DNA of 64,000 bases from Myxococcales bacterium (GTDB taxonomy: Bacteria > Myxococcota_A > Polyangia > Polyangiales > Polyangiaceae). Under the pieces are notes generated by a model. The model ran no database searches, was not told where the DNA came from, and saw only the letters and a program-made list of their open reading frames with translations. Below, in pieces: positions 28,182 to 37,307 of this stretch (within the stretch, counting starts at the first letter, position 1; the number at the start of each line of letters is the position of its first letter). The stretch is from contig JAYTOU010000032.1 of assembly GCA_043747615.1 (NCBI GenBank), positions 53,899-117,898 on the forward strand, in the 5' to 3' direction. The translations under genes and the position numbers were made by a program.

Positions 28182-28766
28182 GTGCGTAGGATACTAGCGA
28201 GCAGCGTAGGAATCGCTGTTCTCACGTCCGCGCTCGCCGCGTGTGCGACCGCGGAGGGCGGCAACAAGATGCAGGCCGACCTCGCGCTCTACAAGAAGGA
28301 CCACAATCCGAAGCGGCTGATCGAGTACGGAAAAGGGTTCGCCGCGGTTGGCGATCTGACGCGCGCTGAGCAGTACTTCACAGCCGCGCTCGATGCAGGG
28401 GGCGACGACGCCGTCATCACCCCGCTGCTGCTCAAGGTCTGTATTCAAGATGGCCGCTACCGCGTCGCCATTCAGTACGGAGAGACCTTCCTCCGCAAAC
28501 ACCCGAACGACGTCCGAACGCGCTTCGTGCTCGCTGCCCTTTACCTCGCGATCTCCGACAACGTAGCCGCACGTGTGCAATTCGAGCGCGTTCTCCAGGT
28601 AAAGCCCGAAGAAGCGGATGCACACTTTGCACTCGCGGTCTTGATGCGGGACAATCAACAAGACATAGTCACCGCGGATCGTCACTTCCGTGAGTACTTG
28701 CGGCTCAAGCCCGGTGGGGCCCATGCCGAAGAAGCCCAATCTTCCCTGCTCAAGAGCGTGCCATGA
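28182..28766 (+). CDS. TPR lipoprotein (TadD/pilotin-like)
   Basis: Lipobox LAAC; several TPR-like helix pairs. Confidence 0.8.
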   Translation: MRRILASSVGIAVLTSALAACATAEGGNKMQADLALYKKDHNPKRLIEYGKGFAAVGDLTRAEQYFTAALDAGGDDAVITPLLLKVCIQDGRYRVAIQYGETFLRKHPNDVRTRFVLAALYLAISDNVAARVQFERVLQVKPEEADAHFALAVLMRDNQQDIVTADRHFREYLRLKPGGAHAEEAQSSLLKSVP

Positions 28767-29908
28767 CTGCGTCGGCGATTCCGAAAGAAGTTTTCGAAGA
28801 AACGATCCTGCAGTTCTTCGCTCCCGTCCGTCCGTTTCTCGATGACCCCACGGTCAGCGAGATCATGATCAACGGACCGAATCAGATCTTCATCGAGCGA
28901 AAGGGGCAGCTCACGCTCACCGACGCCAAGTTCGTGAATCGCGAAGCCTTGCTGACCGCGCTGCGAAATCTCGCGCAATACGTAGGCAAGACCGCAGACG
29001 AGCAACGGCCGATTCTCGAAGGGCGCTTGCCCGACGGATCGCGCGTCGAAGCCGTTCTTCCCCCATGTGGACCCGACGGTCCGCACATCGCAATACGTCG
29101 ATTCTTCAAAGAGACACTCACGGTTCAGCGCTTGATCGGGTTCGGCGCGCTCACCGAAGACGCCGCGAGCACGCTGCATGCGCTCGTTGCGAGCAAGCTC
29201 AACGTCTTGGTCGCCGGCGGTACGGGCTCCGGCAAGACCTCCATGCTCAACGCTCTTTCGTCCTACATCCCCGACGGCGAGCGCGTCGTCGTCATCGAGG
29301 ACTCACGCGAGCTCCAGCTTCAGCGAGAGCACGTCGTCCAGCTCGAGGGTCGACCGCCGGATGCGAAGGGTCGGTTTGGGGTCAGCATCCGAGATCTTTT
29401 CAAGGCTACGCTGCGTATGAGGCCTGACCGCATCGTCGTCGGAGAAATCCGCGGCGGCGAGGCCCTCGATCTGATCCAAGCCATGACCTCCGGTCACGGC
29501 GGTTGCCTTTCGACGCTCCACGCAACGTATCCCAGAGACACGATGACCCGCTTCGAGACGATGGCGATGATGAGCGACATCGAGATGCCCCTCGTCGCGC
29601 TCCGCATCCAGATCGGATCGGCCGTAAACGCGATCTGTCAAGTGGCGCGCCTCCAGGACGGATCACGTAAGATCACCCACATTACCGAAGTTCTCGGCTT
29701 CGACGAGAAGTTGGGAGTCTACGAAATGCAGGATATCTTCGTACGGAAGTACAAGGGCACTGGGTCCAAAGGGGAGATCTTGAGCGACTTCGTTCCGTCT
29801 GGGATCATGCCGAGATGCATCGAGCAGATACACGAGCACGGGGTAGATCTTCCCGCCGCTGTCCACGATGCCGTGGCGCGACGCAACGCTGGACACGTCG
29901 ATGGCTGA
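28763..29908 (+). CDS. cpaF: second CpaF/TadA-family ATPase (no FHA)
   Basis: EIMING, RLPDGSRV, GGTGSGKTS, IEDSREL, LRMRPDRIVVGEIRG, MTSGHGG. Confidence 0.95.
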   Translation: MTASAIPKEVFEETILQFFAPVRPFLDDPTVSEIMINGPNQIFIERKGQLTLTDAKFVNREALLTALRNLAQYVGKTADEQRPILEGRLPDGSRVEAVLPPCGPDGPHIAIRRFFKETLTVQRLIGFGALTEDAASTLHALVASKLNVLVAGGTGSGKTSMLNALSSYIPDGERVVVIEDSRELQLQREHVVQLEGRPPDAKGRFGVSIRDLFKATLRMRPDRIVVGEIRGGEALDLIQAMTSGHGGCLSTLHATYPRDTMTRFETMAMMSDIEMPLVALRIQIGSAVNAICQVARLQDGSRKITHITEVLGFDEKLGVYEMQDIFVRKYKGTGSKGEILSDFVPSGIMPRCIEQIHEHGVDLPAAVHDAVARRNAGHVDG

Positions 29909-31325
29909 CGCGGGACAAGTAATCGAGATTCGGAGCGGGACTGGCGAAGGCGATCCCTCGTCGATGGCGCTCACGGCCGGAACCGTGCTCAAACCAACGA
30001 GCGTGGGTCGCTCCGGCATGTGGCGCGTCGACGGCCAAGGCGTGCTCGACGTCCACGGATACGTCTACTTCGACGGCAAAGCGCTCTTCGTGCAGAGCGC
30101 CGACGACAAGTCGCCCGTCATGGTCAACAATCATCGCGTGGGAACGGCGTGGACCCAGGTCCATGCACCGAGCACGATTGCGCTCGGCCAAACGGAGCTG
30201 ATCTACAAGTCAAACGCCAAGGAATACGAAGACGGCGACATGACCGTTGCGCAGCCGCTGGGTGCAGGCGGAGGGCGCGCACCCGACTCGGAGCGAACGC
30301 GCGCCATCGCACATCCCGCGATGTTCAAGCCGAACAGCGGTGAGTTTGCGAGCCGTGCAGACGACGAGTCCACGCGCTTCAACCCCGTCGCGATGGGTCA
30401 AGCCCACCAGCAGGACGCGCGCCCGATGGCCCGCCCTGCGGCGGGAATGATGGCCGGCTTCCCTCCTCCGCAGATGGAGGCCGCGAGTGCCCCTCAGCCA
30501 ATGATGAACCAGCTACCTCCGGGCATGCAGGGCATGCAGGGCATGCAGGGAATGCACGGCGGCGGCATGCAGGGAATGCAAGGCATGCAAGGAATGCCCC
30601 CCGGAATGCAGGGCATGCAAGGCATGCAAGGTCAGCCCGGAATGCAGGGCATGAATCAGAATCCGTGGGGCGGTGGCACCGGGCCCCAGCAACAAATCGT
30701 TGCCGCGCCCGCGAAGACCGGTTTCGGCCTCGACTCCCTGAAAGCCGACTGGAACGCTGCGTCGACTCCGAAGAAGCTTCTCCTTGGAATGGGGCCGTTC
30801 CTCATTCTGGCGGTGATCTTCGCGTGGCCGTCCGATGACGGAAAAGGGCCTAGCCCGGCGCCGTCCGTAAGTGCAATGACGTCGATGAGCGCGCCCGGTC
30901 AGCTTCCCATGATGCAGAACGGCGGGATGCAGAACGGTCAGACCCCCGGGGGACAGACGTTGCCGATGGGCAATGGGCTCGGCGGCGCAAATTCGTTCAA
31001 TTCGAATCCTGGAGCAGGAATGGGTAACACCGGAGGCGGTGTTCAATTGGGGGTTTCGCCGGTTGCTGCAACGCCAACCCCGCCTCCCGCAGTTCCGACC
31101 CCACCGCCGTCAAGTTCCGCGAAAAGCGCCACCCCCGCGGCCTCCGCGGCAGCGGGCACCACGCCCCTCAAGAAATCTCAAGAGCGCCTCGCAGCAGACG
31201 CATGGACCGAAGGCAACTTCGAGCTCGCGTCGAAGCTCTACGAGCAGCTGTCGCAGCAGCATCCGGAGAACCCTGCGTTCCGCGAAGCCGCGCGCATCTG
31301 CCACGAGAAGATGTCCACGCATTGA
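29901..31325 (+). CDS. bitopic protein: FHA-like domain, GMQ low-complexity region, TM, Pro/Ala linker, C-terminal TPR-like pair
   Basis: SVGR...DVH FHA-like N-terminus; GMQ repeats; hydrophobic segment FLILAVIFAW; start overlaps the ATPase stop. Confidence 0.75.
   Translation: MADAGQVIEIRSGTGEGDPSSMALTAGTVLKPTSVGRSGMWRVDGQGVLDVHGYVYFDGKALFVQSADDKSPVMVNNHRVGTAWTQVHAPSTIALGQTELIYKSNAKEYEDGDMTVAQPLGAGGGRAPDSERTRAIAHPAMFKPNSGEFASRADDESTRFNPVAMGQAHQQDARPMARPAAGMMAGFPPPQMEAASAPQPMMNQLPPGMQGMQGMQGMHGGGMQGMQGMQGMPPGMQGMQGMQGQPGMQGMNQNPWGGGTGPQQQIVAAPAKTGFGLDSLKADWNAASTPKKLLLGMGPFLILAVIFAWPSDDGKGPSPAPSVSAMTSMSAPGQLPMMQNGGMQNGQTPGGQTLPMGNGLGGANSFNSNPGAGMGNTGGGVQLGVSPVAATPTPPPAVPTPPPSSSAKSATPAASAAAGTTPLKKSQERLAADAWTEGNFELASKLYEQLSQQHPENPAFREAARICHEKMSTH
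30522..30653 (+). repeat. 9-bp tandem repeat GG[CA]ATGCA[GA] encoding (Gly-Met-Gln)n
   Basis: ggcatgcag ggcatgcag ggcatgcag ggaatgcac ... ggaatgcag ggcatg. Confidence 0.95.
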
Positions 31326-31476
31326 GCGGTATGTCGCATGGACGACGCCGGTGGTCTCATGACGATCCAGTGATCGCTCAGAACCGGCCAAAGCGTATTG
31401 ATTTTACAGCGCTTTTCGGTCGGCCGCCCTTGGCCCCTTCCGTGCAGCATGGTGACGTATGCGGCCCGGACGAGCG

Positions 31477-32676
31477 ATGAGCATGAAGGGGCAACAGTGC
31501 CTCCTGGCGTGCGTATTCGTCCTCGGCGCTGCACTGGCAGCGACAGCGGCTTGCGACAACACGCCAGGCGGCCTCACCGACAACCCCGGCGACATGGGGA
31601 GCGGCGGCGGCGGTAACGGCGGCGCAGGGGGCTTCGACGGCGGCGGCACGGCAACCGAGAGCGCGCGGCTTGCGGAGAAGCTTTTCCACGAGACCGTCGA
31701 GCCCGGTCTGAACATGAAGTGCGGCGGCCTCTGCCACGTCGAGGGCACCACTGGAAACGCGCCGACCTTTTTAAAGCTCCCGACCTACGCGACGGTCAAA
31801 GCCTATCCCGGCTTCGTCACCGACGACGTCTTCGCGAGCAAGCTCCTCACGAAGCCGAACCACCTCGGTGTTTCGCTCGTCGACGACAGCAACAAGGACC
31901 TCCGCGAGAAGGTCACCGCGTGGCTCAATCAGGAAGCCCTGGCCCTCAAGGAAGCGATTCTTCCGTCTACGGACCCGATCACGATCGTCAACGGCGTGAA
32001 CACCGTCGACATCAGCAAAGGCGGCACGGGCGTCGACGGGGCGAAGATCACCTTCAACGCCACCATCACCACGCTGTCCACCGACACGATCATCGAGTTT
32101 ACGAACCTGAATCTGGTGACGCCGACGGCGACGGGCGTGCACGTCGTTCACCCGTACTTCACCATGCTCCCGTCCACCGACGGTGGCGCGCCGAAGCGCG
32201 ACGCAAGCGACCACTTTTCGAACCTCGACCAGACTACCGCTGCTGCGTCGACGGCCCCCCTCGGCGACGGCACGCTCTACATTTATCACTGGGTGATGGG
32301 CGCACAGCTGAAGATTGAATTCACCAAGCTCGGCACGGGCACCACGAAGGACGGCGGCACCACCAGCGGCGGCTGCAAGCAGGTCGCGAGCTTCGTCACC
32401 AACGCGATTCCCGCGCTCCAGAACGACACGTGCCTCAATTGCCACCAAGGTCAGAACGGCGGAGCAACCGGCGCGCTTGACCTCTCCAAAGTCGGCACGG
32501 ACAACGCGGCGGCGTGCGCGCAGGCGCTCACGAAAGTGAACCTCACGAACAAGCCGATGAGCCCCCTTCTGCTCGCGCCTTTGATGGGAGATCCGTTCCC
32601 GCACGGCGGCGGCAAGATTGTCGCTGCAGGCAGCGCCTACGAAACGATGATGACCACGTGGATCAACGCCGAATAA
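31477..32676 (+). CDS. putative di-heme c-type cytochrome lipoprotein
   Basis: Lipobox TAAC; CGGLCH (CX3CH) and CLNCH; SPLLLAP...PHGGG. Confidence 0.75.
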   Translation: MSMKGQQCLLACVFVLGAALAATAACDNTPGGLTDNPGDMGSGGGGNGGAGGFDGGGTATESARLAEKLFHETVEPGLNMKCGGLCHVEGTTGNAPTFLKLPTYATVKAYPGFVTDDVFASKLLTKPNHLGVSLVDDSNKDLREKVTAWLNQEALALKEAILPSTDPITIVNGVNTVDISKGGTGVDGAKITFNATITTLSTDTIIEFTNLNLVTPTATGVHVVHPYFTMLPSTDGGAPKRDASDHFSNLDQTTAAASTAPLGDGTLYIYHWVMGAQLKIEFTKLGTGTTKDGGTTSGGCKQVASFVTNAIPALQNDTCLNCHQGQNGGATGALDLSKVGTDNAAACAQALTKVNLTNKPMSPLLLAPLMGDPFPHGGGKIVAAGSAYETMMTTWINAE

Positions 32677-32758
32677 CTCCCGCGAGCTCAGTCCACACTG
32701 ATTTCGCTGAAAAGAAAGCACAACAACCGTGATTGACCAGAAGGAAGGAAGGCACACG

Positions 32759-34000
32759 ATGCGAGCTCGTACATTGCGAAATTCCGCTTGGAAAATCGCT
32801 GCTCTCGGCATCGCGGTCGCGGTGGCGGGCTGCGGCAACTCGGGAGGCGGAATTCCCGGCCCCGCAAACACCACCGGTGACGGCTGGAACAACACGAACA
32901 ACAACAACCCCGGTGGCGCGCCCGGCGGCGGAGCTCCTGGAGCACCGGCAACCCCCGGAGCGACCGGCAACGTGAGCCTCGATTCGCGAGTGCTCGACTA
33001 CGGCGAAGCCCTTCGCACGGCCAGCTTGAAGCTCGTTGGTGATCTGCCGAGCCTCGCGGAGATCAACGCGGTGAAGGCAGGCGGCAAAGCGGTTTACGAG
33101 GCGAAGATCGATTCGCTTCTCTCCGACCCGCGTTTCGCCATGAAGCAAATCGCCTGGTGGAAAGACACCCTCAAGACCGGTAACCAAGGCACGCCGGCAA
33201 TGGGCGCACCCGACTTCAATACCGCGGCCACGTTTGCCGCGTCAGTGGTCGTCGGCGATCGGCCTTACACCGACCTCTTCACGGCATCGACGGGCACCTG
33301 CCCCACGTACGCGACCGGTGCCTTCACTCCTGGCAATTGCGCGGGAACGGGACCGACGGCTGGTCTTCTCACCGACGCGGGCCTCATGTCGCAGTACTTC
33401 GCGAACATGGCTTTCCGCCGCGTGCGCTTCGTCCAAGAGACGTTCGTGTGCTCGAAGTATCCGACGGAGTTCGGGCCTGCGCCGAAGCCGATGGGATCCG
33501 GCGCGTATACGAGCCCTTGGGACTTCAACAGCATCACTGGCGGCACCACGGCGCGCATCAACTTCCAGGATACGTCCGCCGTCATCTGCGCGAATTGCCA
33601 CACGACGATGAACCATCAGGCTCCGCTGTTTGCGCACTTCGATGCGAACGGAGCGTTCAACACGGCCATCCAGGTGAAGACCCCTTCGGCAGGCAATCCC
33701 ACCGCCGTCCTCACGGACTGGCTCCCCGCCGGCCAGGCATTCTACTGGCGCAGCGGCGGAGCGGCAGTCACCGACATTCCCGGTCTCGGCGCTGAAATGG
33801 CCAAGGATCCGGCGGTCGCTCGCTGCGCCGTCAATCGCATCTGGAACCAAGCCATGTCGCGCGGTGACATCGTGAACGACCTCGCTTCGATCCCGGACAT
33901 CGTCACCGACCCGCTGGTCAAGGACTTCACCGACAATGGGTTCAAGATGAAACGGGTCATTCGTAACGTGTTCACCTCCGACGACTTCGTGAAATTCTAA
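32759..34000 (+). CDS. lipoprotein with DUF1549-like N-part, CxxCH and DUF1553/DUF1585-like C-terminus
   Basis: Lipobox VAGC; LRTASLKLVGDLPS...IDSLLSDPRF; CANCH; CAVNRIWNQAMSRG; RVIRNVFTSDDF. Confidence 0.75.
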   Translation: MRARTLRNSAWKIAALGIAVAVAGCGNSGGGIPGPANTTGDGWNNTNNNNPGGAPGGGAPGAPATPGATGNVSLDSRVLDYGEALRTASLKLVGDLPSLAEINAVKAGGKAVYEAKIDSLLSDPRFAMKQIAWWKDTLKTGNQGTPAMGAPDFNTAATFAASVVVGDRPYTDLFTASTGTCPTYATGAFTPGNCAGTGPTAGLLTDAGLMSQYFANMAFRRVRFVQETFVCSKYPTEFGPAPKPMGSGAYTSPWDFNSITGGTTARINFQDTSAVICANCHTTMNHQAPLFAHFDANGAFNTAIQVKTPSAGNPTAVLTDWLPAGQAFYWRSGGAAVTDIPGLGAEMAKDPAVARCAVNRIWNQAMSRGDIVNDLASIPDIVTDPLVKDFTDNGFKMKRVIRNVFTSDDFVKF

Positions 34001-34019
34001 GGGAGGAGAGAAAAAGACC

Positions 34020-34721
34020 ATGAAAAATATTGCTCTCACTCTCATCGCCACCGCGGCATTCGCCCTCACGGGATGCTCGAACGGCGCGAACGACAGCCTC
34101 TCGGGCTCGGACGGCAACTCGTACGACCCGAACTCTCTCGCCGCAGGGAACGACACCCAGCACCACTTCAAGGATCCGGGCACCGGAGACAACGGCGTCA
34201 ACGATCCTACCCAGACGAGCGCAGACAATTCGGCCGTCGGCTCACCGGAAGTGGTCGCGCGTCTTCACTCATGCGCGAAGATTCCGTACGCGGCTCTGGG
34301 GTCCATCCTCTCCAGCCGCGGCGTAAACACGAAGTCCACGACTGCCAACTCGGCAGGCGCCATCTACAGCCAAGGCCGCTCGGCACTCGGCGTCGCGAAC
34401 TACCCTGGGCGCGTTCCCGAAGCACTCGTCGCGTCGACCGCAGCTGTCTCGAAGGAGTTCGACGTCTTCGTTGCGGCAGCTGGTGAGATTCAGGCAAACT
34501 TCGCAACGGCCACAGCCTGCACCGGAGCAACGCTCCTCGACGCGGGCGGCAAGTTCACGATGGACGGTCTTTCATGCATCATGGGTAAGCCGGCGACAGA
34601 CGAGCACGTCTTCATCGCCAATCAAGCGGTAACCGAAGCGCAAGCTCAGGGCCTCACCTTGGCGGACGGTCAGAAGATCGCCATCGCCTCGCTGCTCGAA
34701 GCAGCGCACACCTGCGAATAA
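34020..34721 (+). CDS. lipoprotein of unknown function
   Basis: GGAGG RBS; lipobox LTGC. Confidence 0.8.
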   Translation: MKNIALTLIATAAFALTGCSNGANDSLSGSDGNSYDPNSLAAGNDTQHHFKDPGTGDNGVNDPTQTSADNSAVGSPEVVARLHSCAKIPYAALGSILSSRGVNTKSTTANSAGAIYSQGRSALGVANYPGRVPEALVASTAAVSKEFDVFVAAAGEIQANFATATACTGATLLDAGGKFTMDGLSCIMGKPATDEHVFIANQAVTEAQAQGLTLADGQKIAIASLLEAAHTCE

Positions 34722-34733
34722 AGGAGTCCTGTC

Positions 34734-36119
34734 ATGTCTGATCAGCGATTGAAGGATCTCCGCGGCCCCGGTAGACGAGAGTTTTTGCGATGGAGCGCCA
34801 CGGTGGCCGCAGTTCTCGGACTCGAGCGCGCGCGTTTTCTCGACGCGCTCAGCGGTTCTGCGGGAGTGGCACTGGCCGACCAGGCTGCATGCGGCTCCAC
34901 GATGCGTTCCGTTCACATGGTTGCAGGCAACGGCGGGCTCGCGTGGTTCCAGTTGATTTGGCCGCACACCGCGATCGCGATGTCCACCGATCCCAACGTG
35001 GCCTTCCATGCCCAAGGCTCGGCAATGGCTGCTGCAGGGACGGACAAGCCCCTCGTCTACGCGCCGCAGTCTCCGTTCAAGAGTCTCGGCAAGACGAAAC
35101 AGATCTCGGCATTCATGGCCGGCACGAACGAGACCCATACGTCGGCGCCGCAGTCTTCTGCGACGATCGCGACGGGCACTGGAATGATCGCCTCCATCGC
35201 GGCCATTCAGCAGGCGAACCCGACGCTCCTCCCAGTAATCGGCATCAACCCCACGGTGTACGGAACGGCGCCAGGCGCCCCCGGCATTGCGACGGTCGCA
35301 AACTCGGCGGGGCTCGTCGACCTCTTCAACAGCGCGGCGTCCAAGACGCTTCTGTCGACGCCCAAAGCAGCGGCGCTCAACGAAGCCTATTACAAGGCGT
35401 TTTTGGGGCTCAACGCGGCGGCCGGTCGCAAGACGATGAGCCGCTCGCTCGACACCGGTAAGGTGGCGGCGAACCTCCTCGGGAAGAATCTCTCCGAGCA
35501 GCTCAAACCCACGGGCGCCGACGATCTCGCGTACGGGATCAACGGCGGATCGCCCACCACCCTCGTCGAGATTGCTCACGCGCTCTGCACGGCAGTGAAG
35601 GCCTTCAAGCTCGGTCTCACGTCTTCGGTCATCCTTCCGGCCTTCCGCGACGATCCCCACGGCGCGTTCAACGACATGACGGGCACCGTCGCCATCGTGG
35701 CGGGGCTCGGCAAGATCCTCGACGCGTTCATGGCCGATTGCCAAGCGTCGGCAGATCCTTCGGGATGCTCAAAGTCGCTCGCTGACGGCATCGTAATGAC
35801 CGTCCACGGCGACACTCCGAAAGACCCGACGCAGCGCAGCGGCTGGCCGGACGGTACGCCGGGCAACTCCAACTGGCTCTACGTCTTCGGCAACGGCTAC
35901 ACGAAGACCGGCTGGCACGGCAGCATCGCCGTCGACGGCTCGGTCGCGGGATTCAACCCGGCCACCGGCGCGGACGTTCCGGGACAAGCAAGCGCTATGA
36001 CCTCGCAAGCTGCCGCAGCTGCCGCAGCCTACGCCGTCGCGAAGGGTGACCTGCGACGCGTGCAGGACTTCTACCGCGGTGGGTCGATCGCCGGCATCAC
36101 CAACGCCGTGCAGATGTAG
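34734..36119 (+). CDS. Tat-exported protein, DUF1501/DUF1552-like
   Basis: AAGGAG RBS; twin-arginine GRREFL; DPHG, GDTPK motifs; last gene of the cluster. Confidence 0.7.
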   Translation: MSDQRLKDLRGPGRREFLRWSATVAAVLGLERARFLDALSGSAGVALADQAACGSTMRSVHMVAGNGGLAWFQLIWPHTAIAMSTDPNVAFHAQGSAMAAAGTDKPLVYAPQSPFKSLGKTKQISAFMAGTNETHTSAPQSSATIATGTGMIASIAAIQQANPTLLPVIGINPTVYGTAPGAPGIATVANSAGLVDLFNSAASKTLLSTPKAAALNEAYYKAFLGLNAAAGRKTMSRSLDTGKVAANLLGKNLSEQLKPTGADDLAYGINGGSPTTLVEIAHALCTAVKAFKLGLTSSVILPAFRDDPHGAFNDMTGTVAIVAGLGKILDAFMADCQASADPSGCSKSLADGIVMTVHGDTPKDPTQRSGWPDGTPGNSNWLYVFGNGYTKTGWHGSIAVDGSVAGFNPATGADVPGQASAMTSQAAAAAAAYAVAKGDLRRVQDFYRGGSIAGITNAVQM

Positions 36120-36153
36120 TCTGCACGTTTCGCGCAAGACCGTTGAGAAGGTC

Positions 36154-36193
36154 GAGGTCCGCCTACGTTCGCGTAGTGCGGGCCTCTTTTTTT
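36154..36193 (+). terminator. intrinsic terminator
   Basis: GAGGTCCGC-CTACG-TTCG-CGTAG-TGCGGGCCTC followed by T7. Confidence 0.9.
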
Positions 36194-36198
36194 GGAGC

Positions 36199-36774
36199 CT
36201 AAAAGGCGTTTGCCGCCGTCTTGCACGCCATCTGATCGGTGGCGCCCTGGATCCACGTGGCGATGCAGCGGTAGCCGTCGTCGCCGCTGGAAATCACCGA
36301 GCCTCCCTTGTGCACGAAGCCTCCGTTGTCGAGGCCGAGGGGCTTCATGACGATAAGTAGCTTCCTCAAGGCGAAGTCCTGTCCGCTCGCGGCGACGGCG
36401 CGGCTCGTCTCCTCCGGTTGGAGCGCGACGATCGACCGGTAGTTCGAGGCAATCTCTTCGATCGACGTGTCACCCGTCGTTGGCCGGAGGCCTGCCTCGT
36501 TGCCGAGCCGAAGGCCTCGCGCGCCGTAGACACGCATGGGCCGGCCGACCTGTCCGTGGCAGTCGAGCGTGCCGCAGCGGCGCTCGAAGAAGAGGCTCAC
36601 GCCCGCCTGGAACTGCGCAGGGTCCGGAGCAAGAACGATCGTGTAGCGCGTGTTGTCGGGGATGTTCCCGCACGCGATCGCCGTAAGCACACCTCCGCAT
36701 ACAGCAGCCATCGCCGCGACGCGCACGGCCTTGTCGTAATTCCGTCGGGGTGCTTTGCGACGCATCGAGATCAT
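36199..36774 (-). CDS. lipoprotein with CX4CH heme-like motif
   Basis: Lipobox AIAC; CGTLDCH; distal KP....HKGG. Confidence 0.75.
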   Translation of the reverse strand: MISMRRKAPRRNYDKAVRVAAMAAVCGGVLTAIACGNIPDNTRYTIVLAPDPAQFQAGVSLFFERRCGTLDCHGQVGRPMRVYGARGLRLGNEAGLRPTTGDTSIEEIASNYRSIVALQPEETSRAVAASGQDFALRKLLIVMKPLGLDNGGFVHKGGSVISSGDDGYRCIATWIQGATDQMACKTAANAF

Positions 36775-37307
36775 TTGTTGAGGTAGACGTGTCCGACCGC
36801 AGAGAGAGCTTCACCCGCGGAGACCGGATCCTTGTGACAGTAGGCGCATGACGGCTCGCGGCTGATGTGGCTCTGCATGCTGCGGCGAACGCCGTCCTTG
36901 AAGATGCCCGCGAAGATCGGGAAGGCGGGATTCCATTGGTCGGCCGAAATGTAGAAGTTGCCGACGGCGTTGGTGAAGACCGGGTTTTTGGGTGAAGAGC
37001 CGATAGAATCGACGAGGAGAATCTCTGCGGAATCGACGCCGACCGCCATCGACGGGGACTGGAAGATCGTTCCAGCAACCGTGAAAGGGAACGAGTTGGC
37101 CGGGCCGGAAGCGGAATGACACAGCACGCAGGGCTGCCCTGCGCGATGGGTGGGACCGGGACTGACGTTCGGTGCTTCTCCGCCGAGAGCAGCGATTTCT
37201 CCGTCTGGAACGGGATTCGTGCAGGATACAATCGTGAGCGCGGAAAATCCTGCCACGAGCGTCGCAGCTGCGAGCGCTCCCGCTCGGCGCATCAAGTCGG
37301 TCTTCAT
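36771..37307 (-). CDS. di-heme c-type cytochrome lipoprotein
   Basis: Lipobox IVSC; HRAGQPCVLCH and CAYCH. Confidence 0.8.
   Translation of the reverse strand: MKTDLMRRAGALAAATLVAGFSALTIVSCTNPVPDGEIAALGGEAPNVSPGPTHRAGQPCVLCHSASGPANSFPFTVAGTIFQSPSMAVGVDSAEILLVDSIGSSPKNPVFTNAVGNFYISADQWNPAFPIFAGIFKDGVRRSMQSHISREPSCAYCHKDPVSAGEALSAVGHVYLNK

Noticed and set aside
30522..30653. Repeat tract as a CRISPR array
   Set aside because: 9-bp in-frame coding units without spacers; no cas genes
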